The notes: generated from the sequence alone by a model not told the origin. A DNA stretch of 64,000 nt from an uncultured Armatimonadia bacterium (GCA_963749155.1 CAVVLO010000005.1:256001-320000); one strand, 5' to 3'. Positions 9,426 through 22,183 are shown, counted from the stretch's first letter. Numbers and translations: made by a program.

Positions 9426-12085
9426 CTAGTAGGTCACTCTGAAGACTGCCACGCTGTCGATAATAAGCTGCGCCTCGGGCGCCGTCAGCAGCAGTCGGTA
9501 TTCCACTTGTTCCCGGTCTGCGTCATTGGAGAAAGGCACCGCGATATAGCTCCAGCCCTCCTGGAGAAGGTCTGCCCCTCGTAGTTGCTGCTTGCCTAGT
9601 ACCTCTCCATGCTCGAAAACGTCTACCTCACCCAGGCTACCCTCTGGCAAGACTGCGTTCGGCTTCAGCCGGAAGAGGGCCAGATAGTCGCCGGCCGGGC
9701 ACAGGCAGATAAGGACCATAGAGGGTGTAGTTGCCCCACTCCTCTTCTAGCTGGCCAGAGACCCACACCCGGTCTTGCCAGGCGTCCTCTGCCTCGCCCA
9801 GGCTCCCCGACCGGTGCGCAGAATCGAGAGCCGCGCTGTAAAGGCTGACCAACTGGGCGCTCTTTGGCTGCTCTGGCAGGGCGAGTGATGGGATAACGTG
9901 TACGGCCAGTTTCCGGCCCAGCTCGCCTCCTGGCCAGCTCACTTTCAAGTTCAACTCGCCCTCTTTGGCGGGGAAGGCAAGCTTCGCAGTGCCTTGTGCG
10001 CGGGGTGAGAGAGTCATATTCACCTTAACCAGCGGCGCTTCTTCCACCATCAGGTTGTAAGTCTGCTCGCTCTGGCTGGCATTGGACAGTCTCGCTTCGA
10101 TGCTCAAAGGCAGACCTTCTAACGCGATCGCCTGGCGGGGATATTCGACGACTGGATTGGTGTCGTAATATTCTCTTGGCCAACGCGAAAAGCTGGTCAG
10201 GACGCACGAGCTGGAACTGCTCCGGATCAAGCTGCTGCTGAATCCAGAGGGCATCGTCTGGACTGCGGAACGGCCCAAGGGGCAGATGGATTGGCACGAA
10301 CAGAGGGCGTTCGGGCGAGACAGCCGCCAGATGCCTCAGTTGCTCCAACAACTGTTCCTTGGTACTTGGTCCTCTGGGCAGGCGCGTTTTCAGCCAGATG
10401 AGATCCGGTAGTGGATAGTCATCCCCTACGATGCCCGCATACCCCTCCTGCATCCCCACCAGGCGGTCGCCTACTGCGGCCTCCCAGGTCAGCGCGAAAT
10501 CGCGGGTCGCCGGCCCCCAGCAGAGTACCGCCGCATATTGATAACCTGTAGTATCCAGAGTCTCGCCCACGAAGTTGAGGTAGCGTTCGAGGTCGTCCTG
10601 GGCCATCAGGTTGGGATAATTGTAGCCCGCGCCAAAGCCGCCGATGAGCGCATCCTGGTCGGTAGCCTGCTCCACATAATAGGTGAATATATCGGGTGCC
10701 AGCTTGTGCACCAGAGGTTGCACTTCCCAGCCAAAGGGCACCTGGCCGCGCGCCGGGTCAGGCCAACGGCCTTCCTGGAAAGAATACAGGCACCAGGTCG
10801 CATCGCCGTCAGACAAGATGAAGGAGACGTAGACTTTTCCCTTCTCGAGAGGAGGAGGCGGTACCACTTTTGGCTTCGGCAAGGCCTCTGGCTTCATCCA
10901 TTGATGCCAGGAAAAATTGGGCGCGCCGCTGCAGATGACGAAATTTCCGGTGGTGCTTGCTTGCTGGACGTGCAAGGCTTCGGAGTCGCGTTCGGTCTGC
11001 CAGCCAAGTACCCAGCCAGGCTTATCCATAGAATCAAGCAACCGGTTTCGCACGGCGTATTCTTCTGGGTAGTTGTCCGGGTCCGCCGAAAGGTTGAAGA
11101 AGAGGCCTTTATGCGCCACTACATAATCGCGTGTGAAGTTTTCTGGATAGGGTATATACGGGACTATCGTCCACTGACCGTTCTCCATCACTAAGTGGGC
11201 CTGCGCCAGCACCTGCCAGTTGCCCTCGGCATCCAGTGCTTCTACCTTGTAGCCATTTTTTACGCGCACTCTCAGGCTGTAAGACTGGCCGGGCGTTGCG
11301 GGCAGGCGATAAGTAAAATATTGGTCCTGGTCGGCGATACGGTCGCCTTCAGGATCGAACCAGGACCTGTATTCATCAATCAGATAATCGCCCTCGTCCG
11401 GAGCGCCCGCGGTCACCTGCACAAGAGGTCTGTTGGCCTCGTCCAGCAGCGTCATCAACTCGAACTTGGCGCCCATACCATCTTCAGTCCGCGTGTCCGA
11501 GAACCTGATTGTAAGGCCGTCCTCGCGGATATATCCACTGACATCAAACCGCAGCTCTATTGGCGTGGTCAGGCACGCCACGACCGATTTGTTCCAGTCG
11601 GTCAGGTTGGCCAGCGTCCAGTCATAAATCCGGGGGAAGTCCCAACCGGCGAACTGCTCGGTGATATCCGCAACCTTCTGGTAGCCGTAGGCTGCAACGC
11701 GCGCCTCGAGCGGCTTGGGGACGGGAATCAAGTCTTGCTGGGCCGCATAGTTGGCGGCGAGGTTGCCTTCCTCCGGCCAGACTGGATCCCACAGCACATA
11801 GCCCTTCACATAAGGCCTGGCCAGGTCCAGCAGCTCCCATCGGTCGGCGAGCAGCTCTGGATTCGCGCCGAAGCGCGTCCTGTCCCAGTCCAGCCACGGC
11901 TCGCAGTACTGATGCCAGTTGAGGAAGACGTTTGGCCCCTCGCGGTTCATCATACCTTGCAGGCAGGAAAACAACACACCTTCTTCCCACTCGACTCCCT
12001 GCATCGGCACTTCAACAGGCAGGGTGGCAGTCCAGGCAGAAAGGCCTAGCAGCAATCCCAGTAAAACAATCAAGCCAATTTTCAT
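9426..12085 (-). CDS. Secreted GxGYxYP-domain putative glycoside hydrolase, frameshifts near 10175 and 9698
   Basis: Signal peptide; CLQGMMNR, FILSDGD and GAGYNYP motifs; three track ORFs (10025-12085, 9637-10278, 9426-9719) join into one protein. Confidence 0.75.
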
Positions 12086-12209
12086 AACGCCATCTCCTCA
12101 GTCGCTGGCCAAGGTTTCGAGATATAAAAGGTGTCCCCCTGCCAGCAGGAAAGCCTTATGTCGCGCCGAACAGAAAACGACTCCCCCTGGGCATAAGGAG
12201 GCGCTTTAT

Positions 12210-14190
12210 ATCGCTGCAACGAGCGAACACCAGCTAGCAAAGCCTGTATCGCGCAGCCCGCTTACCTTGAGAGCCTTCCTGATTGGCCTCTTTGGAAGTG
12301 GCGTGCTGGCGTTCGCCACCCCATATAACGACTTCAAGATAGGCGCCACCTACCTCAGCGGGAACTATTTTCCAGTTGCGCACTTCTTCTATCTGCTCTT
12401 CTTTATCCTTGTCGTCAACGTCATCCTGGGAAAAGTGGCCCCGCGCAAGCGGCTGTCTGCCGCCGAACTGGCCTTCATCTGGGCGATGTTAACTGCCAGC
12501 AGTGCCATAGGCAGCTCGGGCCTGATGCGCTATCTGATCCCGCAACTGCCCGCGATGACGTACTACGCGACCCCTGAAAACGGCTGGGCCGAGTCGCTGG
12601 TGACCAATATCCCCTCCTGGATGCAGATCACTCATGAGCGTGCCGTTTGGGGTTTCCTGGAAGGACTTAAAGGCTGGGAAAAGGTACCCTGGGGGCAATG
12701 GGCTGTCCCCTTGCTAACCTGGGGCCTCTTCACTGCTCTGCTATGGGGCTCGTTCTTCTTCTTTTCCATACTCATCCGGGCCGAATGGGTAGACCGAGAG
12801 CGTTTTACCTTTCCGCTCGTTCAGTTGCCCCTGGAGGTAATGGAGGAGCCCGAGCCAGGCCATCTGCTGCCGCGCTTCTTCCACAGCAAGCCGATGTGGT
12901 GGACCGTCGGCCTGCTTACGGTCTACCACACGCTGATAGGCCTAAACCGCCTCTACCCGCAAATACCGGCGCCTCCCCATACCTATCGCTGGATTTACGG
13001 TTTACCTGGCATCTGGTCTGCCTTTCAAGATTGGGCTCTCACGATCTTCCCACTGGTGATAGGGGTCAGCTATCTGATCAATAATGAGGTGCTCTTTAGC
13101 CTCTGGTTTATGTTCGTGCTCTACCGACTCGTCCGGTTTGGGATGCTTTTCTATGGTATGACCATCGCCGGCGTGGCGGTCGGTTATTGCGACTCGGCCC
13201 TCTCGAGCTACACCTCGGCCGGCGCCTCACTCGTCATCACACTTTGGGCTTTCTGGGTGGGGCGAGACCACTTCGCTAGCGTCTTCCGCGGCATCTTCCA
13301 TCGCCAGCCACAGCTCAAGGAACCCGAGAGCGTCTCCTACCGATGGGCGACTCTAGGCTACCTGATCACCCTGCTCGGGATGATAGTCTGGCTTATGGTC
13401 GCAGGGGTCAACCTGTGGATGGCCTTGGCGACGGTTGTTGTTGCTCAGGTCGCTTACATTGCGCTCGCCTGGATTGCCTCTCAGGCCGGGGTGCTCTTCC
13501 TGCAGGGACCTTTTACGGGCAGCGAGATACTGACCAACCTGCTTGGCAGCAAGGTTTGGGATCCGCGTTCTATCGTAGTGCCCTCAATTGTTGAAAATGT
13601 CTACGGGGTCGACCTGCGCGAATATATGCTGCCGCAGCTTGTTGGCGCGCAGAAGCTCGCCGACAGCCTTAGAGCCAATCGCAAGGCCTTGCTTTGGGCA
13701 ATGGTCGCAGCTGTCATCGCCGGCACAATCGGCTCCGGCTGGATGGCGGTCGCTATGCCCTATCACAGTGGAGGCGGCACCGCCCTATTCAACGCATGGA
13801 CTTATGTCGAAGCTCCGCAACGCCCTCTACGTTATGCAGCAAGTGCCATTACAATGCCCACCAACGGGAATTGGGCCGTCGGTGCGGGGGTCATCGGGGG
13901 CGCTATCGGTTGCTGGCTGTTGCTTTTCCTGCGCTCTCGCCTGCCCTGGATGAGCCTCCACCCGGGCAGGCTGGATTGCTGCAGGTAGTTATCCTGGCAA
14001 GGTGTTTGGCTTCTCCTTCTTCATCGCCTGGGTGCTGAAGACGCTCATCCTGCGCTATGGGGGTCCAACGCTCTATCGGCGCGCGAGGCCCGTCTTTATG
14101 GGGCTTATCCTCGGTGACACCATCAATGGAGCCATCTGGATAATCGTTGGCTTCATCACCAAACACGGCTATCCCCTATTGCCTCTGTGA
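12210..14190 (+). CDS. DUF6785/DUF6784-like polytopic membrane protein (putative transporter), frameshift near 13965
   Basis: WVDRERFTFPLVQLP and C-terminal LILRYGG..LYRRARPVFMGLILG motifs; many TM helices; AAGGAGG 8 nt before an in-frame ATC. Confidence 0.75.
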
Positions 14191-14211
14191 GGCTCTTTGG
14201 AGGGCTTCTTT

Positions 14212-16371
14212 ATGAAGATAATCCTGTTGTTGCTAGTGCTAATCGCGGCGCAATCGTTAGCTGCCAGGCTGGAGGGGCCCTCCCAGTCGACTGGTAGCCT
14301 GCTTGCTGGCCTGACGCTGCGTACTGAGACGGGTGACTGGGTGCTGGAAAGCCTCAAGGTGACCTTCAGAGGGCACGAGGAAGAGCTGTTGATGGGCGAA
14401 GGAAGGATTATCACCCCTCTTGAAGGCGGTTTCGAGGCGGCCGAGAGCTTTATTATTGATGGTGAGAACCGCTACCAGGTTTGGGCTACCGCGCTTCTCG
14501 AGGCCAACTGCCTGCGCCTGGAAGTCACTGGCGATGAGGTCATCGGATGGGAAGCCGGATGGCGCGCCGAGGGCACGCCCATCACACGCCTCTTCCTCAG
14601 CAAGGGCTTCGTAATGGATAAACCCACCCTCCCCTATGAGCTGCGTTATCCCGTGATGGGTCACGCCACCTATATGCGCGGTCACGGGCTGGAGACCGAA
14701 AAAGGCGCCCTCTACTGCCTCGTAGATGGCGTCGCTACGCGCTTCTGGTGCGATGGTCCGAAGGGTCAGTTCGCCCTCGCCGCTAGCTGTGGCACCGAAG
14801 TGATGCGCTTTTACTGGGGGGCAAAGCCCTTCGCGCGTCTTTTGATAGGACTCCGTGACGAGGTCGCCCTGAAGCTGCCTGACTATATGCCCAACCCCGT
14901 GTTGAAGGGCCGCCAATACGCTTTCAGCGGGGCTACGTCCGGTCAGATGGCAAAAGAGATGGCCAAACCTTTCTTCCAGCGCGGCATCACCGATCTGGCT
15001 TTCGTCCAGTTCGGCTGGATGGGCAACGAAGCGCCCAACTACTGGCCTCCGCGCAAAGGCGATGAGCCTGAGCAGATGAGGGCCTTCAACGACATCTGTT
15101 TTGCAGCCGGCGCCCTCTACTGCCCTTATGACAACCAGACAGAGTTCGGCACCGATGCGCCAGGCTATGACCCCAAAGCAGTGATGTATGATGCGAAGGG
15201 CGACCCTATCATCGCCTGGACGGACAAGGCGGCGGGCAAAGAATGGCACGCGGTCTTCCCCTGGGTGGGGGAGGAGGCTTCTCGCCAGGTGCATGAGCTA
15301 CTGAACCAATATGTTGATCCTCAAGGTCTCTTCATTGATGTCGTGGCGACGCGCTTCTTCGACCGAGTCTGGGACTGGGAAGGCAAGGAGTACAACGGCA
15401 GGGAGTTATTTGACGGTTATGCCCATTATCTGGATACCGCCAAAGACATCGAAGGCAACGGCAACGGCCTTCCGGATAGAGCAGATCCCCCTATCGTCTC
15501 GGAAGACGCCTGGGAGTGGCAACTGCCGCATGTAGATACCTCGCAGGCCTACTTTTTCCCATACTTCTTCCATGGCAATCCGGCCCCGCATGACTGGTTT
15601 CCGCACCTGTCGTTGCTTTACCACCGCCAATATGCGGACTTCGGGATGGGCTGGTATGCGATGTACGCGGGCGATGACAGCCTGCAGTTCCATAACACCG
15701 AGGACTGGACCAACGAAGAGGTGCTCTTCGACGACTATATCTCGGCCCAAATATTGATGGGCGAGGCTGGCTTCCTCTGGCCCGATGTATTCAGCCCCGT
15801 CAGGCAGCGCGTGGCCTATATCGGGCGTCTCTACTACAGGATGCACGCCTTCAACGAGCAGGTCTTCGGGAAGGCCTTCACCGGCTTCGAGTACGAGGGT
15901 GACTCCCTCTTCCGTACAAAGGCCACCTATGACGATGGCACACGCGTTTGGGTGAACCGCGGCGAAGGGCTTTGGAACGTGGAAGGACGCCTTATTGCCC
16001 CAGTGGGGCTTCTGGTTTGAGGGAAACGATGCAAAGGGCGGCCATTGGCTTCCGGAAGGCAGGCAGAAGCCCGTGGACTGGGCGCAGGTAGAGGGCGAGG
16101 TCTACGCTGACGGGCGTGGAGAGGCCTTCGACTTCGGCGACCTGACCACCAAGGGGCCCGTTGCCCTCTGGCAGAAGAACCCGCGAGAGCTATGTGTCGT
16201 AGCCCTCGGCAACGTAGGCGACTCTCTCTTTCGACCTGGAAGCCCTTGGCTTCGGCTCCGGATGGGCAACCGGAGGAGGGGGCTTTCTTCCGGCGCGAGG
16301 GCAACCGCTGGGTGCTCACTGCCCCGATGGACGCGGGCAGCGAGCCAGCCATCTTCCGCACCCAAAATTAG
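14212..16371 (+). CDS. Secreted putative glycoside hydrolase (TIM-barrel, unclassified), several frameshifts after about 15990
   Basis: Signal peptide; YCPYDN, GLFIDV and IVSED motifs; the repaired frame ends ...FRTQN* at 16371. Confidence 0.55.
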
Positions 16372-18935
16372 TCGGCTAGTTCCACTACACAGGCCACATC
16401 AAAGGCAGGCAGATCTATCAGCAGGCCTTCCTGACTGTTGCTGGTGGAGGCCGGCTGGCCCTCTCCGCAGTCGGGATGGACGGTCACCTGGCCCTCTTTT
16501 GCCCCTCTCCTTAGCAGCTTGCCGCCCTCGAAAGGCTTCTCGGCCCGGTTCACGAGGTATAGCAACTGCCTTCCGGGCGCCTGCCAGAGGAAGCAAGAGA
16601 GCTGCGCGCTGCCGGGCAGTATCTCAAAAGGCGCCTCAAAGCCCTTTGCTGAAAGTGCCTGGTCGAGGGCCGCAAGGCCTTTGCGTCTGGACTCTTCTCC
16701 CTCTCGAGAAGGCGCAGGCCAGAGGAACAGAGGCGGCGTATTTCCCCAGTGCCTGTCTCGGACGGGCTGGCCGGTATAGGCCTTGCCGTAGTCCTGGAGC
16801 TCTAGCCTCTTGCAGCTGTCTTTAGCCTCTTCCGGAAGGGGCCTTGCCGCCTCATCCTGAAGGGCAAAACGCCCTCCGGTGATTACGGTGCCCCCTTCCT
16901 CTGAATAGGCAGTGAGGGCTTCCAGTGCCTTTTGCGGCAGTCTTGCGCAGTCCGGCACCAGCACCCAGTCATAGCCTCTGAGTGATTCTGGTTTCAGCGT
17001 TAGTTCAGTCAGTGTGACGACATCTACCGGCTCATGGCGTAGCTCCAGCAGCTTGTACCAGCCCATAAAGCTGCGGAAGTCATTGCCTGGGCCCTCTTCC
17101 TCATCCGGCAAGAGGGGCGTGAGAGGCTCGATAAGGGCGACCTTGGCGACCGGCTTGGCTCCCTCAAGCAGCTTGATGCCCGCAACACTGGTAGTCCCGA
17201 GGCGCGTTAGCTCCTCCAGGCTGAAGGTCGGATAGTAGCTGTAGTCTGCGACCGCGCCCAGGTGCCAGCCGCACCAGTTAAGGCCTACCGTACCGTGCTG
17301 GATGGCGCTATGAGTGAGCTGAGCAAGAGGCCGCTCCCCCAGGTACACGCCCGAGGTGAAGTCTATCAGGTCTACCGCCCAGAGGGGCTTGCCATACTTG
17401 CGCGCGACATCCATGCAGACGGTCGCCCTGTAGGGATCGCCATCGGCCGAGCATACCTGCATACCGATGGCATCGAAGGCCTCGCCCTTCATCGCTACGA
17501 GGTCAGGGCTGATGGTGCTACTTTGCGTGTAGTCCCACTCGGCGGGGAAGCCAAAGCTCATCGTGAGGTAGGTGACCAGCTTGCGGTCGGGGATGCGCTC
17601 CTTCACCAGCGCGCCCAAATCCGCGATATAGTCGGCCCCAGCCTCGTACCAGTAGGCGGTAAAGTCGGCCACAGCGGCGTTGTGGTTGGCCCAGGGCCTG
17701 TTGGCGGGCTGTCCGAGGGCCGTAATGCGAAAGACACCCGCACCCTCCGGCCCACCATCCGGCGCCCATCCGGTCTCGAGGCCAGGCGAAACGCTCCAAT
17801 TCTGCACCGACCAGCCAGCGGGAGCTTCCTGGCCCTCCGGCCGGGGCAGCAGGTTGTCCTCCTGTCCCTCTTCCACGAGCAGCGGGGAGGAGAAGTACGC
17901 CGTCCCCTTGCCCACCAGCTTCAGCAACACCCAGGCCCGCCCTGTACCAGCCGGGGCGGTCCCAGTGACCGTGAGCCGCGTCCACTCGCTAGTGCCACGC
18001 ACCTTCTCGCTGTTGGTGCTCGCGAAGGGCGCCCCGCCAGTAGGCCGTACCCAGTTGTACTCCAGATAGGCTCCATCTCCTGTCACGCCTTCGGTTCTGG
18101 TCCAGCAGGTCAGGGTGTAGGTGTGGCCCTCCTTGATTTCCGAATAGGTCGTTGGCCCGGGCTGGGCGGTGGGGTCGGAGGCTGCCCCGGTGCTCCAGGA
18201 CGCCTCAGCTGCCCCGCCATCTAGCGCCATCAGTTGGCCCAGGTGCAGACCCTTGTCCTGTCCAACCAGCCCGAGTTTGGGCGCCTCGACCTCTTCAAAA
18301 CTGGTAAAGTCCGCCTCCCACGCCGTGTTCAACGCATCCAAAGTGTTGTATTTCGTCTGCAGCCACCGCTGGAAAGCCGCGATCTCCAGCGGGTGGTAGC
18401 GAGTGATGAGTGGGTACCACCATTCTGCCCCGGGGTGGATATACTTAACCACGCCGTCCGGGTCGTGCTCGGCAAGCCAGGCCGCCAGCGCGTCCACGAT
18501 GCGCTCCTGCTCTGCGCGGAACAGGGGCGAATGAAGGGTCGGCTCTCCGCTTGCCTGCCCGTTTGGACCCAGGGCCTGTTCTCCAGCTTTGCCCAGCTCG
18601 GTGCGCAGCCAGTCGGGACAGAACAACGGATTGAGCTCCGAGATGATCGCAAGCTGCAGCCCATGCTCCTTTGCATAAGCAATTTGGGCTTCCAGTGGGC
18701 TGAAATCGAGCGGTTCGCGCTGGAACCACGCCATCCGCCAGCCGCCCGAGATGGAGTCCATCCCCGTCACGCCCGTCGCCGGCATCAACTCCATTCCGTC
18801 AACTTCGGAGGGGTAAGAGTTGAAATATCCAACGAAAGGCTCTTCTGCCAGGGCTAGCGCCCCTGTCAGCATCAACAATAAAGCGGCCGCAGCAAGTATC
18901 ATCTTTGGTAACCTCATACGGTACATTTTGCGCAC
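16368..18935 (-). CDS. Secreted GH42-like beta-galactosidase-type protein with inserted CBM-like and trimerization domains
   Basis: PDWL, FQRWLQTKYNTLDALNTAW (GH42 motif), YTLTCWTRTEGV CBM-like segment, YDWVLVPD; start codon uncertain. Confidence 0.7.
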   Translation of the reverse strand: MRKMYRMRLPKMILAAAALLLMLTGALALAEEPFVGYFNSYPSEVDGMELMPATGVTGMDSISGGWRMAWFQREPLDFSPLEAQIAYAKEHGLQLAIISELNPLFCPDWLRTELGKAGEQALGPNGQASGEPTLHSPLFRAEQERIVDALAAWLAEHDPDGVVKYIHPGAEWWYPLITRYHPLEIAAFQRWLQTKYNTLDALNTAWEADFTSFEEVEAPKLGLVGQDKGLHLGQLMALDGGAAEASWSTGAASDPTAQPGPTTYSEIKEGHTYTLTCWTRTEGVTGDGAYLEYNWVRPTGGAPFASTNSEKVRGTSEWTRLTVTGTAPAGTGRAWVLLKLVGKGTAYFSSPLLVEEGQEDNLLPRPEGQEAPAGWSVQNWSVSPGLETGWAPDGGPEGAGVFRITALGQPANRPWANHNAAVADFTAYWYEAGADYIADLGALVKERIPDRKLVTYLTMSFGFPAEWDYTQSSTISPDLVAMKGEAFDAIGMQVCSADGDPYRATVCMDVARKYGKPLWAVDLIDFTSGVYLGERPLAQLTHSAIQHGTVGLNWCGWHLGAVADYSYYPTFSLEELTRLGTTSVAGIKLLEGAKPVAKVALIEPLTPLLPDEEEGPGNDFRSFMGWYKLLELRHEPVDVVTLTELTLKPESLRGYDWVLVPDCARLPQKALEALTAYSEEGGTVITGGRFALQDEAARPLPEEAKDSCKRLELQDYGKAYTGQPVRDRHWGNTPPLFLWPAPSREGEESRRKGLAALDQALSAKGFEAPFEILPGSAQLSCFLWQAPGRQLLYLVNRAEKPFEGGKLLRRGAKEGQVTVHPDCGEGQPASTSNSQEGLLIDLPAFDVACVVELAD

Positions 18936-19273
18936 TCTCGCTTGTGGGAGATTCAGTGACTTCTATAAGACACCCAGTATTGCAGTTCGTCTGACGCCCA
19001 GTTATCGGGTTGCTCGAAAAAGCCGGTACCGAGCCGGAAAGATGACCACCCAGCCCAGACAGGTATATAATCTGCCAGGCCCAGGTCGGCTTTCAGTCTG
19101 ATAGTTCCAGCCCCGCTCACCAGGCTAGCTTCGGCCCTAAAGTGACAAAGCCTGCCTGCCAATAACTTGGCTGGGAGGATTGGAACTGTCCTGAAGGTCT
19201 CTCTGCTTGTTATAATAGACTTGAGAATTTCAAAACAGTAAGCCGGGATACCCCTTTTCGGCTGGAGGCACTT

Positions 19274-21216
19274 GTGAGGAATTACAACAGCGTCACGACC
19301 TTATTGCTCGTGTTGCTGACAGTGGCTATAGCTGTCGCTCTTTGGAGCGTCAACAAGCCTCAACCCCAACAGCTCACTTATTCGGCCTTTATGGAGAAGG
19401 TCGAAAACAACGAGTTGCGCGAGGCTGAGGTCGGTCGAGAGCGCGCCGTTGGCAAGACCACCGATGGCAGGCAGGTAGTTGCAACCATCCCGCCCGACGT
19501 AGACCTGGCAGAGCGGCTCAGAAAAGCCAACAGCCAGATGATTGTCAAATCAAGTCGAGAATCTACCGCCGAAAAGTGGTTCACCAGTCTGCTGCCCTTG
19601 CTGATAGTTGTCGGCTTGCTCGGATTTTTCTGGTTGATGATGATGCGCCAGATGCAGAGCGGCACCGGTCAGGCGATGAGCTTTGGCAAGAGCCGCGCTC
19701 GCCTGGCGGGCGACCATCTGCCCAAGCTCAAATTCAGTGATGTGGCCGGGCTTGAAGAGGCCAAGGAAGACCTGCAAGAGGTTGTCGAGTTCCTGCGCGA
19801 TCAATCCAGATATGTAAAACTTGGCGCGAAGATCCCCAAGGGAGTGCTGCTCGTAGGCCCGCCTGGCTGCGGCAAGACGCTCCTGGCAAAGGCCGTCGCC
19901 GGCGAAGCGGGAGTGCCTTTCTTCTACATTTCCGGCAGCGATTTTGTTGAGATGTTCGTCGGCGTGGGCGCCTCACGCGTCCGCGACCTGTTCGACCAGG
20001 CCAAGCAGTCGGGCTCCTGCATCGTCTTTATTGACGAGATTGACGCTGTTGGGCGTCAAGGGGCGCCGGGCTTGGGGGTGGGCACGATGAGAGAGAGCAG
20101 ACCCTTAACGCCTTGCTCGTCGAGATGGACGGCTTCGATCCCCAGGCAGGCATCATCGTGCTGGCCGCGACCAACCGCCCCGACGTACTTGACCCTGCTT
20201 TGCTGCGCCCTGGCCGGTTCGACAGGCGCGTAGTAGTCGATTCTCCTGACCTGAAAGGGCGGCAAGAGATCATCGAGCTTTATCTCAAAGGCAAGCCAAT
20301 CGGCCCCGATGTAGAGGCAATGGTGCTTGCCAGGCGCACCGTTGGCTTCACTGGAGCCGACCTTGAGAATATGGTCAATGAGGCGGCGCTGCTTACTGCA
20401 AGGCGCCGGCGCACTCAGCTTACGATGTCCGAATTCGAAGAAGCAATAGACCGAGTTATCGCCGGGCCAGAACGCCGCAGCCGCGTGATGACCGTCAATG
20501 AGCGGCGCATCGTGGCTTATCACGAGGCAGGGCATGCGCTGGTGGGAAAACTCCTTCCTGAGGCAACTCCTGTCCACAAAGTCACAATTCTGCCACGAGG
20601 CATGGCAATGGGTTATACGGTCCAGCTTCCTGAAGAAGACCGGTATCTGGTTTCGCGCACCGAGCTTATGGCTCAGCTTGCGGCCATGCTTGGGGGGCGT
20701 GTCTCCGAGAATATGGTCTTCCAGGAAATCACCACAGGCGCCCAGAACGATCTGGAACGCGTCTCTGACGTCGCAAGGCGTATGGTCACCGAGTTCGGGA
20801 TGAGCGAGAAGATCGGTCCCGTGGCCGTTGGACGCAAGCATGGGCCTGTTTTCCTGGGACGTGACCTGGTCGAAGAGCGCAACTACAGCGAAGATCTGGC
20901 CCAGCTCGTGGATGAAGAGGTAAAACAAATCATTACGCATGCCTATTCGACGGCTGAGAATCTGCTGGCAGAGCATCGTCCTGCCCTGGACCACATCGCT
21001 GAGACCTTGCTTGAGCGAGAGACTATCCAGGGAGAAGAGCTGGATCGGTTGATTGCCGAGGCGATGGGCACAGAGATCGTGAACGAACAACTTCAGCCTG
21101 CTGCTGAATCCGAAGGCGAAGACTCCGAGGAAGACGCCACGTCAGAGCCAGAAAAAAAATCTGGCCGGCAACTCCCTGGCCAGCAACCTGGTCTGGAAGG
21201 CGGCCTTGCGGGGTGA
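19274..21216 (+). CDS. ftsH: ATP-dependent zinc metalloprotease FtsH, frameshift near 20060
   Basis: Two TM helices, [40 protein letters not shown]; restoring one base gives [20 protein letters not shown]. Confidence 0.95.
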
Positions 21217-21239
21217 GAGGCTCGCTAATCGAGTACTCG

Positions 21240-21268
21240 AAGCGCGAGCGACTAGCTCGCGCTTTTCG
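21240..21268 (+). terminator. Terminator-like hairpin after ftsH
   Basis: aagcgcgagc-gacta-gctcgcgctttt. Confidence 0.55.
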
Positions 21269-21286
21269 TTTCAATAGGAGCGCGCG

Positions 21287-22183
21287 GTGAGCAGGCAACT
21301 TTTTTGGTGTCCAGTCAATTTCGCCGAGGGACGCAATCTGCCCGCGCTTCACCGGGTTGAAGAAGCCCTTCTTGCGGGCTCTGCTCGCCTGGCTGACTGG
21401 TCCTACGATGTAGACCACTGCCGCAGTGTATTCTCTCTCATCGGGACTGGCCCCGAGTTACTCGAAGCCTTGCTTGTCGCAGGACGGTTGCTGACCGAGC
21501 TTGCTGACTTCGAAGGTTATCTCGGGGTCCATCCGGCCTTTGGCCTTATTGATGTCGTGCCCTTCGTGCCAGTGCTCGATTCCACCCAGGCCGAGGCAGT
21601 CGCGCTGGCAGAGCAGGCCTGTTCGCTGTTTGCGACAGAACTCGGTATCGCAGGCTTTCTTTACGGCTGGGCGGCGCATAAGCCCGAACGAGAGCAACTT
21701 CCTGACCTCAGAAACGAGCTTGCCAGGCTTGCCAGCCATCACGCAATTCTGGTCAGTCAGGCAGACTGCCCGCTTGCCAGCCCAAACGCCGAATACGGGG
21801 TAGTCTGCGTAGGAGCGCGATCCGCGCTTATAGCATATAATGTGCTGCTCGAAGGCCCACTTGCAGGCGCAAAAAATATCGCTTCTCGCGTCCGCGAGGC
21901 TCAAGGAGGCTTCCAGGGCGTAAGGGCGCTGGGCCTCGAGCTTGAAAGCCGGGGGCTTGTGCAAGTTTCGATGAACGTTTATCGTCCTGAACTGGTTAGC
22001 CTGACCGAGCTCTTTGATACCATCTCCGAAGAGGCTCAGCGCCAGGGACTGAGCGTCATCGGAAGCGAACTGATAGGCCTGGTCGAACAACGTTATCTGC
22101 CCAAAAAGCCGGCAACGCGGCTCAAGCTGTTACACTTTCGTGAGCAACAAATTCTGGAGTACTGGCTGGAAGGATTCGATTAG
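21287..22183 (+). CDS. ftcD: Glutamate formiminotransferase
   Basis: NFAEGR, DVDHCRSV, GVHP.FG.IDVVPF, VGAR..LIAYNV, VQVSMN and SELIGL motifs. Confidence 0.85.
   Translation: MSRQLFWCPVNFAEGRNLPALHRVEEALLAGSARLADWSYDVDHCRSVFSLIGTGPELLEALLVAGRLLTELADFEGYLGVHPAFGLIDVVPFVPVLDSTQAEAVALAEQACSLFATELGIAGFLYGWAAHKPEREQLPDLRNELARLASHHAILVSQADCPLASPNAEYGVVCVGARSALIAYNVLLEGPLAGAKNIASRVREAQGGFQGVRALGLELESRGLVQVSMNVYRPELVSLTELFDTISEEAQRQGLSVIGSELIGLVEQRYLPKKPATRLKLLHFREQQILEYWLEGFD

Noticed and set aside
19274..21216. Programmed frameshifting or pseudogenisation of ftsH (also glmS and pilT)
   Set aside because: No shared slippery-site or stimulator pattern; the window-wide indel density points to sequencing error
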